Below are positions 20,439-30,353 of a DNA stretch of 64,000 nucleotides, piece by piece; positions within the stretch are counted from its first letter, which is position 1, and each line of letters opens with the position of its first letter. This DNA comes from an uncultured delta proteobacterium (GTDB lineage: Bacteria; Myxococcota_A; Polyangia; Polyangiales; Polyangiaceae): contig CAVOKF010000005.1 of the NCBI GenBank assembly GCA_963696385.1, positions 1,376,001 through 1,440,000 on the forward strand, read 5' to 3'. The notes beneath the pieces are model-generated. The model did no database searches. It had not been told where the DNA came from and saw only the letters and a program-made list of their open reading frames with translations. The position numbers and the translations under genes were made by a program.

Positions 20439-21455
20439 TCAAAGCTTCGAGGCGACGAGCTGAGTCAGCTCCACCATCCGATTCGAGAAGCCCCACTCGT
20501 TGTCGTACCAAGAAAGGATCTTCGCGAACCTCTCACCGAGTACCTGCGTCAAGGTCGCGTCGAAGATCGAAGAATGGGGGTCACCGATGAAATCACCCGA
20601 AACGAGCGGGATGTCCACGCAAGCGAGAATTCCCTTCATCGGACCTTCGGACGCCGCCTTCATGGCCGCATAGATGGCGTCCTTGGTCAGGGGCTTCTCG
20701 GATTCGAAGGTCAAGTCGACCACACTGACGTCCGCGGTTGGCACGCGCATCGCCTGCCCGTCGAACTTTCCCTTGAGCTGGGGGATGACCTCCGACAGGG
20801 CTTTCGCCGCGCCAGTCGTCGATGGAATCATGTTCACGGCGGCGGCGCGGGCCCGACGTAAATCGCCCTTGCGATGGGGGATATCGAGCACCGCTTGGTC
20901 GTTCGTGTACGAATGGATGGTGGTCATCAAACCGCGCTGAATCCCGAAGTTGTCGAGCAGCACCTTCGCCACGGGGGCAAGACAGTTGGTCGTGCACGAT
21001 CCGCACGAGATGATGGTGTGCTTCGCGGGATCGTAGACCTCGCTGTTTACGCCCAAGACCACCGTGGCATCCTGCCCTTTGGCCGGCGCGCTGATGACGA
21101 CCTTTTTCGCGCCGGCGCTCAGGTGGCCCACCGCCTTTTCCCGGTCCGTAAAAAGGCCGGTGCATTCGAGAACCACGTCGACGCCCAAGTCCTTCCACGG
21201 CAGCTTGGCCGGGTCCTTCTCCGCCACGACTTTGGGACGAAAGGCGCCGAAGTCGATCGTATTTTCCAGCGCCTTGGACGGATGCTCCGCGCGGCCGTGA
21301 ACACTGTCGTAATTGTACAGGTGCGCGAGGGTCTTCGCGTCCGTGAGGTCGTTGATCGCGACGAGGTCGAGATCCTTCACCTTGCGCTCGGCGATTGCAC
21401 GCACGATGCACCGGCCGATGCGGCCAAACCCGTTGATGGCGATCTTGGTGGACAT
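20439..21455 (-). CDS. gap: Type I glyceraldehyde-3-phosphate dehydrogenase
   Basis: INGFGRIGR, SCTTNCLAP, STTGAAKA, RVPT, WYDNEWG. Confidence 0.98.
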   Translation of the reverse strand: MSTKIAINGFGRIGRCIVRAIAERKVKDLDLVAINDLTDAKTLAHLYNYDSVHGRAEHPSKALENTIDFGAFRPKVVAEKDPAKLPWKDLGVDVVLECTGLFTDREKAVGHLSAGAKKVVISAPAKGQDATVVLGVNSEVYDPAKHTIISCGSCTTNCLAPVAKVLLDNFGIQRGLMTTIHSYTNDQAVLDIPHRKGDLRRARAAAVNMIPSTTGAAKALSEVIPQLKGKFDGQAMRVPTADVSVVDLTFESEKPLTKDAIYAAMKAASEGPMKGILACVDIPLVSGDFIGDPHSSIFDATLTQVLGERFAKILSWYDNEWGFSNRMVELTQLVASKL

Positions 21456-21603
21456 GATTGGGCTGCTCCTGAGCTGAGGAACCCAACGCTAGTCCCGCCC
21501 TTGTCGCCGAGCAAGGCATCGCCCCGCCCGTTCTTGCCGATCCGGCCTCCCGGATGGGTGATCGTGCGTGGTGCAGGGGACTCGTGGTGCAGTGGGGTTG
21601 GCG

Positions 21604-23544
21604 TCAGCTCCCGCTCGTTGCCGGTTTGGGCGGGCCGCCGAAGATGCTCGCGACGCGACGCTTCTCCTTGCTCGCCTTGTCCTTTTCGGCGTACGTGGGG
21701 ATGATCACTCGATCCCGCTTCGGCAGCTCGCGGCCCTCGAGGACCGCATGGATCTCTTCGGCGTCCAGCGTTTCGCGTTCGATGAGCAAGTCAGCGAGAC
21801 GCTTCAGGGTCTCCCGGCTCGTCGTGAGCAGGTCCTTCACCCGGATGTACTGCCGCTGCACGATCGCACGCACCTCCTGATCGATCTCCTGGGCGGTCTG
21901 TTCGGAGTAGTCTTGCGTGCGTTGCGCGTAATCTCTCCCGAGAAAAATGGATTCTTCCTTCTTGCCGTAAGCGAGTGGCCCGAGCTTTTCGCTCATCCCC
22001 CATTCACAGACCATCTTGTGGGCGATCTCAGTCGCCTTCTCGATGTCGTTGCCCGCGCCGGTGGTCATGCGCCCGAACACGATTTCTTCGGCGATTCGGC
22101 CTCCCAAGGCGACCGCTATGCTGCTTTCGGCCTGTTCCCTCGAAAGGTTGTGCCGATCGTCCTTCGGCAAATACCACGTCACCCCAAGGGCCGGGCCACG
22201 TGGAATGATCGTCACCTTGTGCACCGGGTCGTGGTGAGTGATGAGAACAGAGATGAGCGTGTGCCCGGCCTCGTGAACGGCTGTGGTGCGCTTTTCTTCA
22301 TCGCTGATGACCATCGAGCGCCGCTCGGTGCCCATGTAGACCTTGTCTTTCGCCAGTTCGAAGTCGGCCATGTTGATGGCATCCTTGTCTTGGCGCGCAG
22401 CGAGAAGCGCTGCTTCGTTGACGAGATTTTCGAGATCGGCCCCGGAGAAGCCGGGCGTTCCACGCGCGAGTACCTCGAGGTCGACGTCCGGAGAAAGCGG
22501 GGTCCGTTTGGCGTGGACACGCAAGATCTCTTCGCGGCCCCGAACGTCCGGGCGCGGCACGGTGATCCGGCGGTCGAAGCGACCTGGGCGGAGAATCGCA
22601 GGATCGAGCACGTCCGGTCGGTTCGTCGCGGCAATGATGATGACGCCGTCATTCGATTCAAAGCCGTCCATCTCGACGAGCAACTGGTTGAGCGTCTGCT
22701 CTCGTTCGTCATGGCCGCCGCCGAGCCCGGCGCCGCGATGGCGTCCCACGGCGTCAATTTCGTCGATGAAGATGATGCACGGGGCGTGTTTCTTGCCCTG
22801 CTCGAACAGGTCACGAACGCGGCTCGCGCCAACGCCGACGAACATCTCGACGAAGTCGGAGCCGGAGATGCTGAAGAACGGAACCCCTGCCTCTCCCGCG
22901 ATCGCACGCGCAAGCAACGTCTTGCCGGTTCCCGGGGGACCGATCAGGAGCACTCCCTTCGGGATGCGTCCGCCAAGTCGCTGGAACTTCTTCGGATCCT
23001 TCAGAAATGCGATGATTTCTTCGACTTCGTCCTTGGCTTCATCGATCCCCGCCACGTCCGCGAAAGTGACTTTGTTCTGCGAGTCGCTCAGCATGCGCGC
23101 CTTCGCCTTGCCGAACGACATCGCTTTTCCACCGCCGGCCTGCAGCTGGCGCATGAACAAAAAGAACATGATTCCGATGAAGAGCATCGGAAGCAGCGTC
23201 ACGAGCGTCGACGACCAGAACGGGGTCGAGTCCTCTTTCTCGAAATAAATCTTCAGCTTGCCGTCCTTGCCGAGGGGATTGTTCTCGAGGTCCTGGACGA
23301 GCGCTTCGTCGGCCACGGGGCCCAGCGTCTCCATTTGCTGGCTTTTCCCATCGACGACGTGTGTGAACGTGTACTCGTGGTCTTTGACTCGAACGTCGGT
23401 TACCTGCCCTTGGTGCACCCAGGATGAAAATTCCGTGAAGCTTACCTGCTGTTTGCGCTCACTTGGTTGAAGGACGTTCCATATCGCGAGGAACATCACG
23501 ATCAACAGTACCCACAGCAGAAGTGTCTTGTGCGATTGCTTCAC
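21604..23544 (-). CDS. ftsH: ATP-dependent zinc metalloprotease FtsH
   Basis: Two TM helices, [28 protein letters not shown]. Confidence 0.98.
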   Translation of the reverse strand: MKQSHKTLLLWVLLIVMFLAIWNVLQPSERKQQVSFTEFSSWVHQGQVTDVRVKDHEYTFTHVVDGKSQQMETLGPVADEALVQDLENNPLGKDGKLKIYFEKEDSTPFWSSTLVTLLPMLFIGIMFFLFMRQLQAGGGKAMSFGKAKARMLSDSQNKVTFADVAGIDEAKDEVEEIIAFLKDPKKFQRLGGRIPKGVLLIGPPGTGKTLLARAIAGEAGVPFFSISGSDFVEMFVGVGASRVRDLFEQGKKHAPCIIFIDEIDAVGRHRGAGLGGGHDEREQTLNQLLVEMDGFESNDGVIIIAATNRPDVLDPAILRPGRFDRRITVPRPDVRGREEILRVHAKRTPLSPDVDLEVLARGTPGFSGADLENLVNEAALLAARQDKDAINMADFELAKDKVYMGTERRSMVISDEEKRTTAVHEAGHTLISVLITHHDPVHKVTIIPRGPALGVTWYLPKDDRHNLSREQAESSIAVALGGRIAEEIVFGRMTTGAGNDIEKATEIAHKMVCEWGMSEKLGPLAYGKKEESIFLGRDYAQRTQDYSEQTAQEIDQEVRAIVQRQYIRVKDLLTTSRETLKRLADLLIERETLDAEEIHAVLEGRELPKRDRVIIPTYAEKDKASKEKRRVASIFGGPPKPATSGS

Positions 23545-23737
23545 GTAGACCTCGTCTCGGTTCGGCCGGCGCGAGAGGGGATGCTCAGCGCAAACCTCCC
23601 GGACGTCATCAGTCTAATACCTAAGATGCGTAACATCGAGGGACGGTCGCATCCAGCCCAAGTGGGGTAAATTGCCCCCCAGGGCTGAGCGGCGGCGCGC
23701 CTTTCCGGTGCTTTTCCGACCGCCTCCGCGATTTGGG

Positions 23738-24433
23738 TCAAGCTTTCGTGGCGCAAAGTTCGTCCGCGAGCGCACATAAGTGCTCGACCGCGCGGGGGTT
23801 GAGACGCTCGAGAGCCGGGAGAATCTCGTGCCGGACGCGCGTGCGAAGAAAGCGTGGATCTCGATTCGACGGGTCGAGGCAGTGCGGAATTTGATGTCGG
23901 GTCACGTGGGATTCGATGTCCGATCGTCGGGCGCGGATGGCGGGTCGAACTCGGTCTCCATCGCGGGGCGGCAGCGCGGCCAGGCCGCGATACCCCGTTC
24001 CACGCAAGATGCGCATGAGGATCGTCTCGGCGCGATCGTCGGCGTGGTGGCCCGTCGCGATCCGACTGGCGCCCGCACGCTCCGCCGCGCTCCGGAGTGC
24101 CTCCCAGCGCCCGGCTCGCGCTCGAGCTTGCAAGTTGCCTCCGGGCGCGATCTTCAAGCGTGTGCGCTCGAACGGAACATCCAACGAACGCGCGAAGATT
24201 TCTGCGACGTCCAGCTCGTGCGCACTCTCCGACCTCAGTCCGTGATCGACGCCATGCGCGAAGAGGCCGAATGCAAGGCTCCTGCGGAGACCGGAGAGGA
24301 CGTGCAAAAGGGCCATGGAATCGGGTCCGCCGCTGACCGCGATCAGCACCGTCGCCCCCCGTGGAACGAGATCGCGCTCCCGGAGCACGGCTCGCACGAG
24401 CGTGGCCAAGGTCGGAGGATGAGAGCGGGCCAA
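23738..24433 (-). CDS. tilS: tRNA(Ile)-lysidine synthase (catalytic domain only, 231 aa)
   Basis: AVSGGPDS, DHGLR, ARAGR, ATGHHADDRAET, DPSN, RTRVRH; upstream of ftsH. Confidence 0.92.
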   Translation of the reverse strand: MARSHPPTLATLVRAVLRERDLVPRGATVLIAVSGGPDSMALLHVLSGLRRSLAFGLFAHGVDHGLRSESAHELDVAEIFARSLDVPFERTRLKIAPGGNLQARARAGRWEALRSAAERAGASRIATGHHADDRAETILMRILRGTGYRGLAALPPRDGDRVRPAIRARRSDIESHVTRHQIPHCLDPSNRDPRFLRTRVRHEILPALERLNPRAVEHLCALADELCATKA

Positions 24434-24451
24434 CGAAGGCGTCCTAAACGG

Positions 24452-24640
24452 TCAGCCGATCTCGAACGTCTTGCAGAGCTCGATGGCGACCCCTTCCAGA
24501 GCGTCGCGTCGCGGCGCCGCCACGTATCCGAGCGAGCAGCAAGCGAGGACGTCGTCGAAATGGCCGCAATCTTCGCATGCGAACCGGAAGTCGAACCGAA
24601 GAGCTTGCCTTCGGAGTCGTTCGTCGACCAGCGTTTTCAC
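24452..24640 (-). CDS. Small Cys-rich hypothetical protein (62 aa)
   Basis: GTG start overlaps the rlmD-like stop (GTGA); MKTLVDERLRRQALRFDFRFACEDCGHFD...CCSLGY...LCKTFEIG. Confidence 0.7.
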   Translation of the reverse strand: MKTLVDERLRRQALRFDFRFACEDCGHFDDVLACCSLGYVAAPRRDALEGVAIELCKTFEIG

Positions 24641-25920
24641 CGATTGCGCCGATCCAGCGCGACCACGGCCTCGACGTGGCTGGTCTGAGGGAACATCTCG
24701 AACGTCGTGGCCGCTCGGACGGCGTAGGCGCTCTGCAGGACGGCAAGGTCCCGTCCGAGAGTGGGTGCGTCGCACGAGACATAGACCACGTGCTTGACGC
24801 GCGAAGTCAAGAGCCGTCGAGCGACGTCGAGTGCTCCCGCTCGGGGCGGATCCAGCACGACGACTCTCGTCGCGGAGTTCCACGCGTGGTGAGCGGCGTC
24901 GGCTTCGATGACCGAGGCGCGCAAGGCGCGTGCGGCCAGATTCGCACGCGCCGCCTGGCAGGCCGCCCCGCTGGCTTCGACGCACTCGAGCGTGCCCACG
25001 CGGCCCGCCAAGAGGACGCTCAGGTTGCCCGATCCGGCGTAGAGCTCGACCGCCCGGTCCACTCGGCAAGCGCCGACGTGTTCGGCGACGCGGCGGACGA
25101 GCATGGCATTGGCCGTGGCATGCGCTTGGGAGAAGCCCCCCGGCGCCAAGCGAAGGGGAAGACCGTCTGCGGCAGTCGTCCAGGGCGTCGGGTCCCCGAT
25201 GCGAGCCGGGCGCGTCGCGCCATCGATGGCGATCTGCGCGCCCGCAAGCCCGCCGGCGGCGACGCCCCGCTCCAAACGGCCGAATACGTTCGCCGCGAGT
25301 TCCCCGGTCCAGCTGATGTGAAGGACCGGGCGGCCCTTGTCGCCCTGTGCAATCTGGACGGCCCCCTGACCGACGGACCCCTCGAACAGCCCACACAAAC
25401 TGCGTCGCGTGAGCTCAAGGACCGGTTCGAGAATGGCGCAGTCATCGACCTCGACGGGATCGCGCGTGCCCGCTTCGTGAATGCCCACGATGACCCGGCC
25501 ACCGCGCGGACAGCGCACGTGGATGCGCGCCCGCGACCGGTAGCGCAGTCCTTGGACAGCAGGCGTCGCTTCAATCGCGATGTCGCGAAACTCGAGGGGT
25601 AGTGCCGCGCGCACATGTTCGGCGTGAATGCGTGCTTGGGCGGTGAGCGACAAGTGCATCCAGTCGCAGCCGCCGCAACGGTCGGCCCAGGCGCAAGCCG
25701 GCGCGACGCGATCGGTCCCGCTCGCCAGCAGCTCGAGCAAGCGCCCCCGCGCGGGACGCGTCGACACGTCCGCCTCCAAGCGCGCGCGGTCTCCCGGAGC
25801 GGTGCGCGGAACGAAGATGGCTCGCCGTTCGCCATTCACGTCGGCGTGAGCCACACCGTTGCCGCCGGGCGCCAGCGATCCGATCGTCGCTTCGAAGGCC
25901 AACGGACGGGCGGTACGCAT
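24637..25920 (-). CDS. rlmD: RlmD/TrmA-family RNA (uracil-5)-methyltransferase with TRAM domain
   Basis: TRAM-like N-terminus, C..RCGGC Fe-S motif, FSQ, ELYAGSG, LDPPRAG, YVSC, FPQTSHVE. Confidence 0.85.
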   Translation of the reverse strand: MRTARPLAFEATIGSLAPGGNGVAHADVNGERRAIFVPRTAPGDRARLEADVSTRPARGRLLELLASGTDRVAPACAWADRCGGCDWMHLSLTAQARIHAEHVRAALPLEFRDIAIEATPAVQGLRYRSRARIHVRCPRGGRVIVGIHEAGTRDPVEVDDCAILEPVLELTRRSLCGLFEGSVGQGAVQIAQGDKGRPVLHISWTGELAANVFGRLERGVAAGGLAGAQIAIDGATRPARIGDPTPWTTAADGLPLRLAPGGFSQAHATANAMLVRRVAEHVGACRVDRAVELYAGSGNLSVLLAGRVGTLECVEASGAACQAARANLAARALRASVIEADAAHHAWNSATRVVVLDPPRAGALDVARRLLTSRVKHVVYVSCDAPTLGRDLAVLQSAYAVRAATTFEMFPQTSHVEAVVALDRRNR

Positions 25921-25923
25921 GCG

Positions 25924-26823
25924 TCAAGGAAACGGCTGCGCGGGCTGGCCGTTCTCGAAATAGAAGCGGAAATACCCGGTAAGGTGTCCTCGGCAACGCG
26001 GAGGCGGACCCAGGCCGCCGGGACAGACCTCTCGTGGGTCGGCGAAATACAAATCGAACTGAGCGTCGCTGAGGCGCTGCTGCGCGTTGGTCTCGGCGGG
26101 GTTGCCGTCGAATAGGCTGCTAAACACGATCGTGCTCGTCCCGGTGGGCGACGAAGGACCGGCCTCGCCCGCACCTGGTTCGGTCGCAAGCGCCACACTG
26201 GCGTCGGCGCCATTCATGCTGGCGACAGGGGTGCCGTCGAGGTCCGCGTCCGTGACGACGTCCGCGTCCGAAGCGACGGTCGCAGGCGCGCCGCACGGCA
26301 AGGGCTCTCCGCCTTCCGGCTCCTCGCAACTGGCGCCGTCGGGCAACGAGACTGCGGACATCGCGTAAAGGGCCACATTCTGGGTGCGGCAGGAGGCGTT
26401 CAAATAAAGCGATGCGTGCACGATCGATGGGTTGGCCACGGCTTGGACCGGGACGCCGGGCGGCGTCACTCCGGCCGGTAGCCCGACCACCAGAGTTTGC
26501 CCGAGAAGGCTCGGACGCGGGCTGCCGTCGGACGCGGGATCTCCGCGGATTTCGCCCGCATCGTCCACGAGGAAGGCGATGCCATCGCTGAAGGTCTCGT
26601 AGTCGCCTCCATTTTGAATGCGAATCTGCATGGCGTCGCCCGGCGACGACGGGACGGCGGCGAAGAAATCCGGATGGAGATTGAAGCTGCCGGTCCAGCA
26701 GTCGAAGACGTCGAGCGTTCCACTGGCTGCGCCCGTCCCTTCGCCTTGGGTACAGGACGGCGCAAACCCGACCCCCAGCAGGGCAACCAGCGCGACGCTG
26801 ACGCAGGAGGTGCGAGGGCTCAC
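25924..26823 (-). CDS. Hypothetical Cys-containing lipoprotein
   Basis: GTGA overlap with mnmA stop; signal ending APSC; C-terminus GYFRFYFENGQPAQPFP. Confidence 0.7.
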   Translation of the reverse strand: MSPRTSCVSVALVALLGVGFAPSCTQGEGTGAASGTLDVFDCWTGSFNLHPDFFAAVPSSPGDAMQIRIQNGGDYETFSDGIAFLVDDAGEIRGDPASDGSPRPSLLGQTLVVGLPAGVTPPGVPVQAVANPSIVHASLYLNASCRTQNVALYAMSAVSLPDGASCEEPEGGEPLPCGAPATVASDADVVTDADLDGTPVASMNGADASVALATEPGAGEAGPSSPTGTSTIVFSSLFDGNPAETNAQQRLSDAQFDLYFADPREVCPGGLGPPPRCRGHLTGYFRFYFENGQPAQPFP

Positions 26824-27959
26824 GCCGAAGAAGGTAGCGTAGACGCCCCGTCGTCGGCACTGTCGTTCATGGCTGCGGCGATGCGCCCTCCGCCGAGCAC
26901 GCGATCGTGTGCATAGAACACGGCGACTTGGCCTCGCGACACCGCCCGAACAGGCCTGTCGAAGACGACGCGCGCGCCCCCGTTCGGCAATGGCTCGACG
27001 AGGGCGTCGTCCCCGACGTGCCGGTATCGGACGCGGACGCGAGCTCGGACTGGAAGCGTCGTGCCTTCGGCGAGCGCCACGTGGCTGAGCTCGGCGCCGC
27101 GTGCCTGCAACCCGCGCTCGTCTCCCACGTGAACCGTGGCCCGTTCGGCGTCGATACGCGTCACGAAGGCGCGGTGGCCGAGCGCAATGCCTAGACCTCG
27201 CCGTTGCCCGACGGTGAACCGATGCACACCGTCGTGCTGGCCAATAGTGGCCCCCTGCTCGTCGAGGATGGCCCCCGGGCGAACTCGTCCCGTGGCGCGC
27301 GCCGATACGAAGTCCACATAGGCGTGAGATGCCGCGGGGACGAAGCACAACTCTTGACTCTCGCCTTTATGGGCGCCCGGCAGACCGCGCGCGATCGCTT
27401 CCGCGCGAACGTCGGCCTTGGTCGACTCGCCAAGCGGAAACGCAAGCCGATCCAGCCATTCGCGGGGACTGGCGTACAAGAAATAGCTCTGATCCTTGGC
27501 CCGATCCGTTCCCATGGCGAGGCAAGGCGAGCCTTTTTCGTTGCGGACGATTCGTGCGTAGTGGCCGGTCGCGACGAACGAGGCACCGAGTCGTTCGGCG
27601 AGGGCGAAAAGCTCGGCGAGTTTCACTTCCCGATTGCAAGCCGTGCACGGGCTGGGTGTTTCCCCTGCGAGGTACGCGTCGACGAAGGGCTCGACGACCG
27701 TGCGTGCGAAGAGGGCGCGGCGGTCGAACGTGAAATGCGCAAAGCCAACCGCATCCGCCACGCGTCTCGCGTCGTATTGGTCCTCCGGGGCGCAGCAACG
27801 GCCGTGACTTGTGCCGGCGCTCGGGTCAGCGGAATAGTCCCAGAGATGCAGGGTCACGCCCACGACCTCGTGGCCTGCGTCGTGGAGGCGAGCCGCGGCA
27901 ACCGACGAATCGACGCCGCCGCTCATCGCCATCAGGACACGGGTTTTCGGAGGCAGCAA
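26820..27959 (-). CDS. mnmA: tRNA 2-thiouridine(34) synthase MnmA (start uncertain)
   Basis: AMSGGVDSS, RCC, TPSPCTACN, ATGHYAR, KDQSYFL, ESQELCF, TVGQRRGL, GQVAVFY. Confidence 0.95.
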   Translation of the reverse strand: MLPPKTRVLMAMSGGVDSSVAAARLHDAGHEVVGVTLHLWDYSADPSAGTSHGRCCAPEDQYDARRVADAVGFAHFTFDRRALFARTVVEPFVDAYLAGETPSPCTACNREVKLAELFALAERLGASFVATGHYARIVRNEKGSPCLAMGTDRAKDQSYFLYASPREWLDRLAFPLGESTKADVRAEAIARGLPGAHKGESQELCFVPAASHAYVDFVSARATGRVRPGAILDEQGATIGQHDGVHRFTVGQRRGLGIALGHRAFVTRIDAERATVHVGDERGLQARGAELSHVALAEGTTLPVRARVRVRYRHVGDDALVEPLPNGGARVVFDRPVRAVSRGQVAVFYAHDRVLGGGRIAAAMNDSADDGASTLPSSA

Positions 27960-28008
27960 GGGGATCGTGGGCTGCGGCGTAGCATGGCTCCCGAAGAAAT
28001 CCGCGGCC

Positions 28009-28786
28009 TCATGCTCCGACGTCGTCCCGGCTCTCTTGGAGGCCGGTATCCTCGTGGCGGAGCTCTCTGGCGATGAAGTCAATGGCGCGGGCGTGAAGGC
28101 GGCTGCCCCAGGATTTCGAAAGGCCCACCGCCGCGGCAGCCTCGTCCAGCGTTTCTTCGGCAAAGTAGTACCGCTCGATCAATGCGCGCTGCGGCTTCGA
28201 CAGGCGCGTGAGAATGCCTCGGACGTGCTCCATGAGCTCGGCACGAGCGACGAGATCCTCCGGGCTCGAGTCCTGCGCCGAGGCTTCTGCGCCCGCCTGC
28301 GGAGCCGGCGCAAGCGTTCCGACGGCCATCGCCGTAGCGATGCCGGCGAGGTAGGACGCCAATCGCTGGTCGGCTGCCTCGGCCGTGACCGTTCGCTGCG
28401 TGGCGTCCTCCTCGTCGTACCGTTCCTGCACGGTGTCGGCCGCCGATAGCGCGCGCAAGTCTCGATACACGCGACGGGGAAGGGCGCCCCAGCGGCGCAC
28501 CCCGTCGATGATCGCGCCCCGAATGCGCAGATTGGCCCATCGCCGAAACGGCACTCCACGACCCACGTCGAAGGTGCGAGCCGCCATCAGAAGACCCTCG
28601 CGTCCGAATGAACGCAAGTCGTCGAGGGTGGTCGGCGAGCCCCGACCGATTCGCCGGGCAAGCTGTCGCGCGTTCGAAATCGACCAGATCGAGTTCCGAC
28701 TCGAATCGGCTCAAAACCTCGGGCGGGTCGCTCGGGCGCACGCCTCCGTCGGGCGGATCGGGGGGGTTCTCTCCATCGGACGGCAC
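28009..28786 (-). CDS. Sigma-70 family sigma factor, FliA/WhiG-like (apparent +1 frameshift near 28676-28681)
   Basis: EVLSRFESELDLVD + NARQLARRIG..DDLRSFGREGLLMAARTFD...RIRGAIIDGVR (region 2) and LSKPQRALIERYY..TLDEAAAAVGLSKSWGSRLH (region 4). Confidence 0.85.
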
Positions 28787-28859
28787 GGGCGCGGATTACG
28801 ATCCGTCGCCAAGCGATTTACGTCAAGATGGGTCGGCGGTATCGTGACCGATCTACGCC

Positions 28860-29558
28860 ATGGCAGGCGACGCGGATCACAAGCCGGCGGAGGAGCGTCC
28901 GAGCGGCCTTGGGCTGGAGGCTGCGGTGCCGCCCCCTCATATCCGCGACGCCTGGCGAACGTGGCTATCCGCGCTCGCCACGGACGCGGACGCCGCGATG
29001 GCCGCGGCACTCGCGTACGATTCGCTTCCGCCCGAGGCGCGCGATGCCTGGCTCGACGCCCTGGGCGTGGACAGCGACCATGTCGATGTGCCGGCGATCG
29101 CGCTTTATGCTCCCCTGCTGGCGGTCGAGTCCGATGTCGGACGCCGCGACCGCATCCACTTGGCGATCTCGTCCGACTCGCGCGGCGGCGCGCCGGACGT
29201 CCAGGATGCACGCGCCATGCGCGGCGTCGGCGACGACGGCACGCACGCGTGCGTACTCGTCGCGCCGGTGTATCTCCAATTCGTTCAAGTGCTTCGTTGC
29301 CGTTACACCCCGAGCGGGGGGTTCATCGCCGTCCACCACGAGCCGCTCCGTCATGCGGGCGATGTGACGGCTATCCGTGAGGTCGAGGGGGTCCCGGTCG
29401 AGCCAACTCCTTTGCGCGTCGTTGTCGAAGAGCTCGCTCACGCCATCCTCGCCGACAAGCGCAGTCGTCGGGCAACACCCTCGGCGTTGGCCTCGATTGC
29501 CCACCTATTCGTTCCGCAGCTGGACGATCAAGGCCGCGACGAACCCTCGCGTCCGTGA
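28860..29558 (+). CDS. Hypothetical protein
   Basis: 232-aa ORF with protein-like composition and GC3 bias, divergent from the sigma factor. Confidence 0.65.
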   Translation: MAGDADHKPAEERPSGLGLEAAVPPPHIRDAWRTWLSALATDADAAMAAALAYDSLPPEARDAWLDALGVDSDHVDVPAIALYAPLLAVESDVGRRDRIHLAISSDSRGGAPDVQDARAMRGVGDDGTHACVLVAPVYLQFVQVLRCRYTPSGGFIAVHHEPLRHAGDVTAIREVEGVPVEPTPLRVVVEELAHAILADKRSRRATPSALASIAHLFVPQLDDQGRDEPSRP

Positions 29559-29584
29559 GGCATCTCGGATAAGACGGACCCGCG

Positions 29585-30334
29585 ATGTCGGACCCGCTCG
29601 AGGGCCGTTGCGGTACGTGTGCTCGCTTCGTGCGGGTCGTCGAGACGATTGCCGATACCGGCGAAGTGAAGCACGCAGGCGACTGTCTTCTCGGCGTGTG
29701 GCCTTCCCCGCTTTACGAGACGAGCACCTGCTCGCAGTGGGTCCGGCGTGGCGAGTTCAAAGCGCGGCCAGGGGCCGTTGCTCGGTACAAGGGCGACGTC
29801 GGCTCACTGTCTGTGCGGCACGCGCCGTCGCGGGGCGAGATTCGGGATCGCGAGGATCGCGACGATCGCGAGGCGGACCCGGTACTCCCTGCCCGTGGCG
29901 CGTGCAGCCCCGGGCCTGCACGAGGGCGTAGAACGGTTGGCGACATCCACACATTCGCGCTCGAAAGGGACATCGTCGAGATGGATGCCGAAGAATTTCG
30001 TAAGGTGCTGGCCGAGGTCATCCGCGACGAGTTGGGAATCGGCGAGGTCGACCTCGCCGGCAAGTGGGACGGCGGCGAAATGATCCTCAAACCGGCAAGG
30101 GCAGGGCTTCAGGAGAAGCGCATCCCGCTGGACGTCCTGTTTCACAAAGTCATCATGATCCGCGAACGTCTTCGCGTGCTCGAGCAGAAGATCAATGGCC
30201 ACCCCCGGCTCGGCGACGACGAGAAAGTTCAGCTTCAGCAATACGTCACCGCCTGCTACGGGTCATTGACCACCTTCAACGTGTTGTTCGCCAATCGTGA
30301 AGATCAGTTCGTGGGGCAGAAGGGCGAAGATTGA
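29585..30334 (+). CDS. Hypothetical protein: N-terminal CxxC..C..C module, linker, conserved-looking C-terminal domain
   Basis: CGTC...CLLGVWP...CSQW; C-terminal KWDGGEMILKP...FHKVIMIRERLRVLEQKIN...YVTACYGSLTTFNVLF. Confidence 0.7.
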   Translation: MSDPLEGRCGTCARFVRVVETIADTGEVKHAGDCLLGVWPSPLYETSTCSQWVRRGEFKARPGAVARYKGDVGSLSVRHAPSRGEIRDREDRDDREADPVLPARGACSPGPARGRRTVGDIHTFALERDIVEMDAEEFRKVLAEVIRDELGIGEVDLAGKWDGGEMILKPARAGLQEKRIPLDVLFHKVIMIRERLRVLEQKINGHPRLGDDEKVQLQQYVTACYGSLTTFNVLFANREDQFVGQKGED

Positions 30335-30353
30335 AGCCGCGACGAGCGCCCTC

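Noticed and set aside
21568..23427. Long antisense ORFs (e.g. 619 aa opposite ftsH, 626 aa at 41370, 548 aa at 38184, 783 aa at 49863)
   Set aside because: Shadow ORFs expected from high GC3 codon bias opposite real genes; no recognisable motifs.
29839..29843. GATTC as another frameshift site inside ORF 29585
   Set aside because: The frame is already open through to a convincing C-terminal domain; removing a base gives a less plausible product.
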